DNA of 64,000 bases, taken from positions 313,596,001-313,660,000 of the forward strand of contig OZ024743.1 of the NCBI GenBank assembly GCA_964016885.1. Reading direction: 5' to 3'. Source of the stretch: Eledone cirrhosa (lineage: Eukaryota). Positions 52,623 through 64,000 of this stretch are shown one piece after another. A program made the position numbers and the translations under genes. The number at the start of each line of letters is the position of its first letter. Within the stretch, counting starts at the first letter, position 1. The notes under the pieces are model-generated. The model had not been told where the DNA came from. It ran no database searches and saw nothing but the letters and a program-made list of their open reading frames with translations.

Positions 52623-55147
52623 GAGAGAGAGGAGAGAGAGAGAGAGAGTTAGATATTAACAGTAATACTAGCACTGAATTGTAATAGAATTGTATATGGT
52701 ATCATACACGATATGTTTACTCATAAACAAAATAGTTTTAGGCACTCTTTGAGATTTGTTTAATAAACTGTGATCGTGTATCAGTAAAGGGAGAGAACCA
52801 GATGGCAAAGTTTCCGGGTTACTACTCTATTCCTGAGGAATATACTCCCTTGTTGATACAAACATAAGCTGAAAGCTTATAGTTTTCTACTTATGAATAT
52901 GAATTGATGATGCACATTTACATACTGTGCAAGAGCTGGTCAGTTGAAGAAACTAAAGGCTTATATATATATATCTTCACACTTACATATACATGTGCAT
53001 ACGCACAGGCATATGTTAAGTCAGTCCTGGTTGTGTAATATTTGTAAACATTGCATAACTTATGTGAGTAACACTTGCTGATGCAACTATGTTATGCAGG
53101 AGGTGACATGGAGGCTATGCAGTTCGGGTCAATCATTTATATCCACACAAAGCTGTTTAACTACTAATTAACAAATAATTCCCTATTTACAGTATACGAT
53201 TTTTGTAAATTCTTCGACTGAGTAGATAGCGACCGGAGCTATCCAGATTTTGAACAGATGGCGTCGTTCAAACTTTGCATGTGAATCTCGAATTTTGAGA
53301 CTTTCTAAGAACCGGAATAATAATTTATTGAAATCACTGCAATTATAGGCAGTTGCTATAAAAAAAACCTAAAGATGCCTAGGAATGGGAAATTATTGTC
53401 ACTTGCCGCTACGAAAAATCGAACACCTTATCTCCCAGGTGCCGGCTAAGTGCTCTAACCTTCGAGCTAAAGCACCCCTGACAATCTCTTACCGTCTAAA
53501 TTTGGAGCTGAATGAAACAAGTTTTGAAAATATAAATAAACATCGTGTGTGAAACTCATATTTTCGAACTTAGGGCCGCGGAAATAAATTCATAAGATGT
53601 AGGAAGCTCAGTTGCTATATAACAGCTTATAAAAATCAGGTAGCGGCCCCTAGAGAAGGAAAAATGTAATTGGAGTTATTTATTGCAGTTGTTGTTGTTG
53701 CTAGGGTTGTTTGCAGAATCGTTAGAGCATCGGAAAAATACCTCGCGGCATTTGTTCAAACACCAACGAAGTTAACTCTGACTTTCATCTTTACAGAGAT
53801 CAATAAAATATATTACCTGTTAAGTACTGGTTCAATATAATCGACATTCCTTTCCCTCTTTCCCAAATTGCTCGCTTTGTACCTACAATAGAAACCCCTA
53901 TTATCATCATCATCGTCATCCTCATTATTGCTATGATCATTTATGTGGATGACTTCTCTAATATCATCATCATCGTCGTCGTCGTCATGTAACAATTAAT
54001 ATTTTATTTTCAATATTTATTTCATGTTCGAATAATATTCGTATAAAGATTTTCAGAAAAAAAAACTAAAAGTAAAAAAAACAAATTATATTTTCTTTTC
54101 AATCTCTTTTATGATATAACCTAGAGCAGTTGACATGCATTCGTATAATAAAATTAAGTAGTTGAGATATATTCCCTCATTATAGTACACGTAATATGTA
54201 TTACAAGACTGAGTAACACATATATTCCTCATTTCCTTGCGTGTTCTATAACTGTTCTTCAACTTTTATAGCCTCAGGTAAATATTGCACCTTTCTAAGA
54301 AAGACAAAATACAGTATATAGAAAATACACTGTATTTTTACATTATATTACAATCTTATTTTGTGCATTTTTTCTGTAGCACACAAGAATCTATATTTTG
54401 TGATCTATACCATATATACTGTGTTCTTATTTTACAGCATAACAGCTAAATATGGTTTTGTTTTAATGACTTTATCAGAAGGAAATCAAACTACGCTCCT
54501 TTTCGAGGATTTTAGAGAATGTAGGAAGAATGCGAAAAAGTTATTCTTTCATTGAAAACAATCTATGCATCCTTGTAACAAGGTGTATTCTGCTGAAGCC
54601 TACAATGGTTACAACGTGCTGTCAAAATATAGTAACCAATGCTCGTTTCTGAGAAGGACAGGGGATATAATAAAGAGATAATGAGTTTTTAGCAATAGAT
54701 ACCTGGCGACGCCAGGGTATTTCAGGAAACAACAATATATTTTTGCACACATTATCGCCGAGGTTAACTTTGCCTTTCATCCTTACGGGGTCGATAAAAT
54801 AAAGTACCAGTAATACACTGGGATAATTGCTGGCCTTGTGCCAAAAGTAGAAACAATTATATTTCACAAATAAAACGAAATCTTAGTATTTTCTTCGGAA
54901 TTTAGACATACTATGAGTGGAATTTAACTGAACAAGAGTTTTGCAACGAACACTTTTGTGAATCTTTTATTCAGTCTATGTACACATATCAATAAATGCA
55001 TATTAATAATGGACAACCGGTATTACATGTAAAACAACTATTTCGAAATACAGCTTATATGGAATTAAATTTGGTAATTGAAGGAAGTTTTAAAAATTTG
55101 ATGAAATTTACATCGTTTAATATGTGTGTATGTTTATATACATACAC

Positions 55148-55240
<93 letters not shown>

Positions 55241-55734
55241 TGTGTGTGCTTGTGCACGCGTGCGCTTCGCACAAGAACAACCTAAAAATAAATTTATTTT
55301 CACGCAAACTATGCCCCAATCCAGTAAACGACAACAACAGTTGTTCTAAGCTATATTTTTAGTCTAACGCTCTTTGAAAAGAAGTGGAGAATGCCTGAAG
55401 TTGCTGTGATAATAGAAGCTTACGGCATCAAGGATTTCTAATTGTTAGTGTCTGAAAATAGATGGAACAAAGATAGTTTCGATGATAGAAAATAAGTGAC
55501 AGAAATGACAAAGAACATTATGTGTATTGATTCAAATATATATAATATAGATTCCAAAAGCGCTTTAGCATATTTTACAATTTTTCGGTACAAAGTAGTG
55601 TGATATTTTTATTTCTTCGCATTTAAACCAAATGCATCGAATGACATTTGTATTTCATAAAATATATCATATTGCCAGCAGGGAAAACGAACGTTAAATG
55701 ATTATATATATATATGCACACATATATGCACATC

Positions 55735-55985
55735 ATTTTTGCATTTGTTATGCAAGATTTTTAATCTGATAACGTGTGTTGAAATATTTTTTGTTGGATT
55801 TTTGGAGGGTCCTGCTGCCAATAAAAACACACCCACCTGTTGGGGGTTCACTTCAATGTATTATTCTAATGTCCCAGTCGTTTAGTTTGATAACAGAATG
55901 ATTGTTTGGTTGTTGATTGTCATGAAAGCTCTTTCATCACACTTTCTGCGACCACCTTACTTACTACTTTTGTTGTTATTTTGTC
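55735..55985 (-). mobile_element. Old, degenerate family-A-like pLTR
   Basis: GCAAGATT.TT.ATCTGA.A.CGTGTGTTGAAA...GGAGGGTC.TG.TGCCAATAA.AAACACAC matches 31270-31365. Confidence 0.75.
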
Positions 55986-56281
55986 TCTCTCCTTCCTCTT
56001 CTTGTAAGCCTTTTCACCGCTCACATATATGTATATATAAGCGTGATGCGTATGCATAAGTATCAAGTGGTGGCATTACTCGAAACTGAGTTGCAGCTAT
56101 CATCATATATACATATAGAATTTGGATATAATGCTCTGAAATAACGATATATATGTGAAGACAAACATAGAATATTCGAAAATATTCTGTATGTTTATAA
56201 TAAACATTTCGAAGACCCAATCGCTATAGAATAGAATACGTCACGTATTACAATTTGAGATACTCGATAAAAGCAAGGGAA

Positions 56282-56324
56282 GTAACCTACGCGTTTCATT
56301 CTTATTAGAAATCATCAGGATTAC
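56282..56324 (-). ncRNA. Type I hammerhead (312-bp unit, left arm)
   Basis: Reverse complement of 56808-56850. Confidence 0.9.
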
Positions 56325-56807
56325 ATATCCAGTGCTTTTATCGAGAATGACACAGCTAGAGACTTATAGAATACTTAGCTGTGTACAGGAACTGGTTTGA
56401 AAGAGCGGTTGCCGGTCCGACAGAAATTAGAATTTGGATATAATGCTCTGAAATAGCGATATATATGTGAAGACAAACATAGAATATTCGAAAATATTCT
56501 GTATGTTTATAATAAACATTTCGAAGACCCAATCGCTATAGAATAGCTTTTATCGAGAATCTCAAATTGTAATACGTGACGTATTCTATTCTATAGCGAT
56601 TGGGTCTTCGAAATGTTTATTATAAACATACAGAATATTTTCGAATATTCTATGTTTGTCTTCACATATATATCGCTATTTCAGAGCATTATATCCAAAT
56701 TCTAATTTCTGCCGGACCGGCAACCGCTCTTTCAAACCAGTTCCTGTACACAGCTAAGTATTCTATAAGTCTCTAGCTGTGTCATTCTCGATAAAAGCAC
56801 TGGATAT

Positions 56808-56850
56808 GTAATCCTGATGATTTCTAATAAGAATGAAACGCGTAGGTTAC
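56808..56850 (+). ncRNA. Type I hammerhead (312-bp unit, right arm)
   Basis: GTAATC-CTGATGA-T-TTCT-AATA-AGAA-T-GAAA-CGCG-TA-GGTTAC; stem III is the palindrome ACGCGT. Confidence 0.9.
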
Positions 56851-56998
56851 TTCCCTTGCTTTTATCGAGAATCTCAAATTGTAATACGTGACGTATTCTA
56901 TTCTATAGCGATTGGGTCTTCGAAATGTTTATTATAAACATACAGAATATTTTCGAATATTCTATGTTTGTCTTCATATATACATATGTTTATCTTTG

Positions 56999-57044
<46 letters not shown>

Positions 57045-57056
57045 CGAAATTCAAAT

Positions 57057-57109
<53 letters not shown>

Positions 57110-57120
57110 CATACATACAT

Positions 57121-57176
<56 letters not shown>

Positions 57177-57211
57177 TTTCAGTATACATATATGGATGTA
57201 CATACATACAT

Positions 57212-57257
<46 letters not shown>

Positions 57258-57364
57258 TTTCAGTATACATATATGGATGTACATCTTTGACTTAATTGTT
57301 TGAGCGTCAGTCATACAAAAGTGAGTTACAAACGAAACGAAATTTAATTTCGTTTCGTTATTTG

Positions 57365-57395
<31 letters not shown>

Positions 57396-57516
57396 TTGAA
57401 TTTCGTATTTCTAAAGAAATACGGTATGTTTATAAATAATCAATTAGTAACTCATAGCTGTGAATAACACAGGCAGCCAATGCCATCAAGCGGTGTTCGT
57501 CAGAAGCAAGGGAGAC

Positions 57517-57562
57517 AATCGTCGATGCATTTCGAACTCGATTAGTTCTCGTCAGGATGATC
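57517..57562 (-). ncRNA. Type I hammerhead ribozyme
   Basis: GATCATC-CTGACGA-GAACT-AATCG-AGTTC-GAAA-TGCA-TC-GACGATT. Canonical G-C closing pair on stem II; stem III is the palindrome ATGCAT. Confidence 0.88.
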
Positions 57563-57759
57563 CCTCCTGCTGTTATTCATAGTCCTATGGACTGACTGCT
57601 CCTACCCTTGGATATTTCTACCAAACTTGTATGACGGTAAGCAACTCTAGAAGGTTATTGTGACCAGCAGATTAATATACGAGTGTACGATTGGCAAACC
57701 CCTCTCTGCTGTTGATCGCTCTATATATCCGAGCACCCGACACAACGTGAAGATGGACC

Positions 57760-59820
57760 TCCATGAGATTATTCCCTGAAGTATATACCGACCCTTTCAC
57801 GCTGGAGTTACTCTAAATTCATACTCCATAAATTTGAAGATGTGGTCACGCGTTTGAGATGGAGAGCATTTGTCTTTCATGGAATGCTGTCAATTAATGT
57901 CAATATTTTTCAACATCAAGTCTAGAAAGTATCCACCTAATGTAATTAAACTCGCTAGCTTTAAGACTGATCTCAGCATCGTTGTTTACATTTCTTTCCG
58001 CAAGCACTCCAATTCTTTTCAAAACAAAATAAGTAGAGACATTACAAAACTTCAGATCCTCTGTTAGAACGTTCGTCCTATCTGATAAAACCAACAACCT
58101 ATATTCATTATATAAGCAAAATAGAAAAAAAGTCACCCTGCTCCTTATTATGCCATCAATACTGAGGTGAAGGACATAGCCGCCGCCCTTAAAGTAGATA
58201 ACAAGTTAGAGTGCTGGCTAGATGATAGGCATATATTACCCTTAAGGACCATAAGGATGACTTTGCCAACAATCCAACTTGCAGGCTTATAAAGCCTGCC
58301 AAAACCGAGCTAGGTCTTGTTAGTAAGGATATCCTTGAAAATTAATATAGCCATTAGGAAACAGTTCAGCTTTTACCAGTAGGATAATAACCAAACCGTT
58401 ATAGATTGGTTTAATATCCTCAAACACACTAAGAAAGCTAGGTTTACACAATTTGACATTATTGACTTTTACCCCTCGATATCCAGGACATTACTTGATA
58501 AGGCCCTTGCTTTCACTACTAAATTTACTAACATAGATAGTTTGGACAGAGTATCATACCCCACTGCAGGGAAACCCTTCTCTTTAGCAACGGTGACCCG
58601 TGGATAAAAAACCCACTACCAATGACCTATTCGATGTACCAATGGGATCATTTGAAAGCGCCGATATATGCGATATGGTGGGCCTATTCATTCTAGACAC
58701 TATACAGAATAATTCCCTGATTTTATTACGGGCCTATATCACGATGATGGTCTGGCACTATCCAACCAGAAAAGTGGCCATGACCTGGACACCTTTAGGA
58801 AAAACTTAATCACTATCTTCAACAGGCTAGGTTTAAATATTTCGATTGCAACCAACCTCACCAATGTTAACTTCCTAGACGTTAACTTAGGCCTAGAGAC
58901 ATGCACATATAGACCATTCCACAAACCAAGTGAGAAAATCCAGTACATCCATAAGGACTATAGCCACCCACTATCATTTTTAAGAACCTCATTAACAATA
59001 TTAGTAAGAGAGTTTCTAACCTCTCCTCCAGCAAAGCCATCTTTGATAGGGAAGAACCCTACTATAATTCAGCACTAAGTGTCAGCGGCTTCTCTAATAA
59101 AATCACGTACTCTCCAGATCACCGCCCTACATCTAATGAGAAAAACCTAGACATAAATATGTCATATGTTTCGCACCGCCTTTCTTATTGAATGTTAAAA
59201 CTAATGTAGGTAAACAATTTCTAGGCCTCATAGATCTCCATTTTCCAGTTGGCCATAAATATCGAAAGATATTTAATCACCATACAGTAAAAATAGGATA
59301 CTTTTTCACTAACAATATTAAATCCTACATCAACGGCAAAAGCAAAAGCCCTCCAGCTCATGGATGCTCATGTAGAAGACTAGAAATATGCCCACTAAAC
59401 AAACAGTGCAACATTCCGGCGGTGAAATACAAAGCAGAGGTACCTCCACCAACCAGGACGACCAAATTGAAGCCTGGACCTATGTCGTTATGGCCGAGAG
59501 CCGGCTTAAAAACCCGGTACCTGAATCATGAAACAAATTTCACACATCTCGACAGAAAACATGTCACCCAGCTCGAAAATCGCGTATAGAGCCTCAATAA
59601 CAACAGCACGCCTTTTTCCATCAAATGGGCGATATTAGAAAGATCTACCACCTAGGTGAATGGGTCCAAATTTTGTCGACTTTCTAATTCTGAAGAATGG
59701 TATATACTCTCACAACTAGCTTCAGATAAACAATGCTCAACGTAGAGATTGATTGCGTTGGCAGCTATTTCATGAGAAGAAGTATATTTTGAGTAAATGG
59801 CTTAGACCTGATTAATAGGT
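57760..59820 (+). pseudogene. Decayed near full-length PLE family E (Naiad-like)
   Basis: [94 protein letters not shown]...CPLNKQC; many frameshifts. Confidence 0.92.
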
Positions 59821-60144
59821 CAAGAAGTATACTTTGATTTACTGACTATTTTGTATATCAATGAAATTGGATTCTTTGAGTCAGGTAGAAAAATATTTTT
59901 CTTCTATTTTTCTTCAATCTTCACTGTGGTCTCTCAAGAGTTACCTCCCATCTATTTATAAAAGAATCCTTTTTTAACTAATTCATAAATTACCTGCCTT
60001 TGTTTAAACTCTTATGATATATTTCTAAAAGGAAAGCAAAATCAACCCCCAGACGGCCATCTTTGTTGTTTTTATTTTTCTTATGACGGGCTCAAAGTGT
60101 TGGAGCCCAGAACCCAACGAAACTTAAGTACCTGTTTATGTTAT

Positions 60145-60213
<69 letters not shown>

Positions 60214-60346
60214 CGAAGGAAATGTGGTAAGGAACCAGGTGGACCATAACGCACCAAAATACTCTATACTTAGGGTAGTAGAGTGGGTAATAGGAACGAG
60301 TAGGACCCCGATGGCTGAGCTCAAGCCGTTTTGACGGCTAATTCTG

Positions 60347-63300
60347 GACTAAATGAAAATTTTTTATCCTGGTATTAGAATAGCCGAGCTTCTCAGGGGG
60401 TAATTCCATATATGGTAAAAATGATTGTCACAAGGATTGGTCAAAAGTTTGTTGTTGAGACATAATAATTCTATCATGGCAATTTGTGGAGGGAAGGGGT
60501 AGCTGAACCTCCCAGTAGAAGAAAGAGGAAGAGGGGGTGGAGGAAACCCAGTCATGCGTTGATAGTGCCATCTACAGCTGGGCAGGAGGTCAAAGAAGAT
60601 ACTAGGGAGGGGGAGGGGAAGGAAGTCGAAACAATAAGTGAAACAATATGGGGTAAAAATATAGAAAAATACCGAGAGTGTTAAAAAACGATTAAATTTA
60701 AAAAAAAAAAAACAATTTCTGGTTACTATAACCTAAGGACAGCTATCGAGTCTCTCACTGGTACTGCTAGACTAAAGAAAGGTTTACTAGGTGGGACGGA
60801 ATTATAATGAGACCCTTTTAAGAGGTATAAGTAAACAACCGAATATATCTTACGGTGACGGGTCAACAAGTGGGGGGCCAAAATACTAAAGAAACTACCA
60901 CTAAATAATAATTCAGAATCCCGAGACCAGTACGAAATAAAGGTTTCTGCCCCAGGCATAAGGCCAGCAACCACCCAGTGCAAAAAAAGAAAAACTAATA
61001 CGAAATAATAATTCAGAATCCCGAAAAAGAATACTAATACTATCTCTAAGGGTGCCGCCACGATACAAAAATTCTAGTGCAAACTACATAAATGCTCGTA
61101 CGAAGTATATGTAAAATTTGATACGGAAAATTAATTCGGAATCCCCCCCCTCCCCCAAAAAAATAAATACTGATATACGAGAAATTAAAGCAAAGGTACC
61201 ACTAAGAAATAGAGAAAGCACGGAAAAGGGGTAGCCATCGGATAAGAAGGCAAGTATCCGGGGTCTAACACATCTGCTATAAAAAGCGGAGTCGGCCAAA
61301 TCTATCATAAAATAGAGGAAAGGGTGGGGGTACTGAGGCTACAAAGGACCGAGGGGCTGCCTCGGGTGGGCGAGAAAGTAAAAAGGACGACCACAAAGAA
61401 AGAGGACTGGGGTGGAAGGACTAGGGAAGGATGGGGGGAAGAAGGAAATATAGAGGAAGCGATAAAAAGATATAAAAGAAGATCTTACGTCTACCTATGC
61501 AATCAGGGGTTACCCATTACAAAATCGGCAAGTGGGGTGTTATAGCCCTAGTCTACCCCCCGGTCATTATGGGGTTTGAGGGCGAGGTAAGTCCTACGCA
61601 ATCTGTGTTTACATGCAGTTACCAGTTCATCTTTCTTGTTTAGGAGTTGGTCCGTCGAAAACAGCATTTGTAAAGTTTCCTCCGAGCATAAATTGCACGG
61701 ACGGCTTCCTCCCGTGTAAGAGTTGGCTCTGGACAGTAAGCTCCAAGTGAGATCATAGGTAATATTGTTATCCTTGAGGCCTATATGTGGTCCGAAAGTG
61801 TAGTGGCGTGACGCCGGACCGGGTTTCGGATGGTATCTCTGTGTTGGTATAGCCGGGTCTTGAAGTCACATGCGGTTAATCCTATATAAGCTTTGTTGGA
61901 GGTGTCCGTCCTCACGTTGCACTGGTAGATCACATTACGATCTCTGCATCTGTTGTCGAGGGGGAAAATGGATCCATCAGGACAGTTGCACCTCCTGGTC
62001 GGCTCTCCACTGCTATTTAGGTTATTTCTTCCATAGGGATTGAGTTTTTTGTTGTTAGAGGAGACGATGTTTTGTGCAAAGTTTGGTGTAGCGCTGTAGG
62101 AGAGTTTGATGGTATTTTTGTTAATTATGTTGTGGTAGCGGTGTTGTAGTGGGAAGTGTTTTTCAATGAGCCTAAAGAAGATTTTCCCGATAGGAGTTGT
62201 CACCTCGGCGTTGTGGGGAGGATTGAACCATGTTACGTTGCGTGAGCGGCGGTGTCGCCTGCTGGTTCCGCTAATGGAAGCTGGACAGTAGGATATTTCC
62301 TCCCGGAAACCACTCCGCTTGAGGGCCTGGTTGTAATAAGGCGCATGTTCCTCGAATATCTGCTCATTAGCTGACAAACGAGATATGCGGAGGGAGATGT
62401 TTTTAACCAGGTTATTGGTGATGTTCCTAGGATGGTTTGACCGGCGGTGGATGTAGTGCAGGTTGTCGTTAGGTTTCCTGTATGGGTAGTACTGTCTTCC
62501 TGGCGTGGAGGATGATGTTTCTTTCCTGGTCGGTGATGGGCACAAGTGTTTCGGCGAAGTCCAAGGCAGCCGTAAGTAGCGGTAAGGTAATTGAAGCACA
62601 GTAACTCTCTATGTCAAACTGGATGAATTTCGTGTCTCGTTTTTCCTCCATATTGCTGAACCATGAGATTACTTCCTGGATGTTGACCTATAGGCTAAGT
62701 CTGGCGTGTTGCTTAACTTTTTTTTGGAGGGGGGGGGGGGGGGGGGGGGGATTCCGAATTAATTTTCAGTATCAAATTTTACATATACTTCGTACGAGCA
62801 TTTATGTAGTTTGCACTAGAATTTTTGTATCGTGGCGGCACCCTTAGAGATAGTATTAGTATTCTTTTTCGGGATTCTGAATTATTATTTCGTATTAGTT
62901 TTTCTTTTTTTGCACTGGGTGGTTGCTGGCCTTGTGCCTGCGGCAGAAACCTTTATTTCGTACTGGTCTCGGGATTCTGAATTATTATTTAGTGGTAGTT
63001 TCTTTAGTATTTTGGCCCCCCACTTGTTGACCCGTCACCGTAAGTAATATTCGGTTGTTTACTTATACCTCTTAAAAGGGTCTCATTATAATTCCGTCCC
63101 ACCTAGTAAACCTTTCTTTAGTCTAGCAGTACCAGTGAGAGACTTGATAGCTGTCCTTAGGTTATAGCAACCAGAAAATCTTTTTTTTTTTTTTTACATT
63201 TAATTGTTTTTTAACACTCTCGGTATTTTTCTATATTTACCCCATAATTGTTTCACTTATTGTTTCGACTTCCTTCCCCTCCCCCTCCCTAGTATCTTCT

Positions 63301-63546
63301 CTGACCTCCTGCCCAGCTGTAGATGGCGCTATCAACGCATGACTGGGTTTCCTCCACCCCTCTCCCTCTTTCTTCTACTGGGAGGTTCAGCTACCCCTTC
63401 CCTCCACAAATTGGCATGATAGAATTATTATGTCTCAACAAAAAACTTTTGACCAATCCTTGTGACAATCATTTTTACCATATATGGAATTACCCCCTGA
63501 GAAGCTCGGCTATTCTAATACCAGGATAAAAAATGTTCATTTAGTC
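60347..63546. mobile_element. PLE family D insertion with inverted terminal repeats of about 800 bp
   Basis: 60347-61150 is the reverse complement of about 62745-63546, surrounding a minus-strand RT/EN remnant. Confidence 0.92.
61575..62720 (-). pseudogene. PLE family D (Naiad-like) RT/GIY-YIG with the RT catalytic core deleted
   Basis: QFDIESYCASI...HARKT joins almost directly to YYPYRKPND...SNHP...WFNPP...CNC...NVIY...YIGLT...CNLC. The MGS and YRDD motifs are missing. Confidence 0.9.
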
Positions 63547-64000
63547 TTGAGATAACATTTGGTCGTTTGAACTGCTGCTAGTGGCAGGACATTGACCTGT
63601 CCACACTGCCTTCTGTCTGTACACACGGCACTAGACAAGATTATTCCTTTCCTCATTCACTCTCATCCGGGAACAGTTTTGTGTAGCGTCAGTTTGTGAT
63701 TTGAACTCGGGAATTTTATATACTCCGAGCGAGAAGAGCCTTCTGAAGAGAGACCGCTTCTCAATAGAAATCCGCTTGGATTATCCGTTTATTTTGGGAT
63801 TTGAAACCGCGCGGTAAAGGTACATATAGTAAGTACAGTGAACTTTTTAAAATTTATTTTAAAACTTTATCTCTATTTGCTAGACCTTGATTTTTTATAT
63901 ATATATATATATGTAGTGTATATATTTTTCTGTTGAACCTCTATCCAAATAGTAATAGAGCGTTCCCCTTATTTCGAACAATGAAATATCCTGCTTATGA

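Larger units (their letters stand above)
56116..56980. mobile_element. Second retrozyme-like family: 312-bp unit, about 1.4 inverted plus 1.4 direct copies
   Basis: TAGAATTTGG at 56116 and 56428 gives a 312-bp period; orientation switches near 56545. Confidence 0.9.

Overview
AT-rich, (TA)n/(CA)n/(GA)n-saturated eukaryotic intergenic or intronic DNA. The SINE content suggests an octopod cephalopod (inference). I found no intact host gene; the window is almost entirely transposon-derived. It contains at least four families of Penelope-like elements (PLEs; RT plus C-terminal GIY-YIG), RTE-type LINE fragments, a CRE-type restriction-endonuclease LINE fragment, Helitron derivatives, a gypsy-type LTR with a tRNA-Trp PBS, a mariner-type MITE and many tRNA-derived SINEs. 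The main signal, invisible in the ORF track, is about 20 intact-looking type I hammerhead ribozyme (HHR) motifs from at least 7 sequence families. Seven lie in a near-identical non-coding 466-bp array (one inverted copy plus 6.2 tandem copies) that looks like a retrozyme. Others lie in a 312-bp element, in short fold-back elements and in PLE pseudo-LTRs. All fold-backs share one head-to-head polarity and most abut (TA)n tracts. A second unexplained module (16.4-18.75 kb) holds a decayed SGNH-hydrolase gene with short introns, converging on an orphan ORF, inside a probable rolling-circle element. All alignments and folds were done by eye; element boundaries are approximate.
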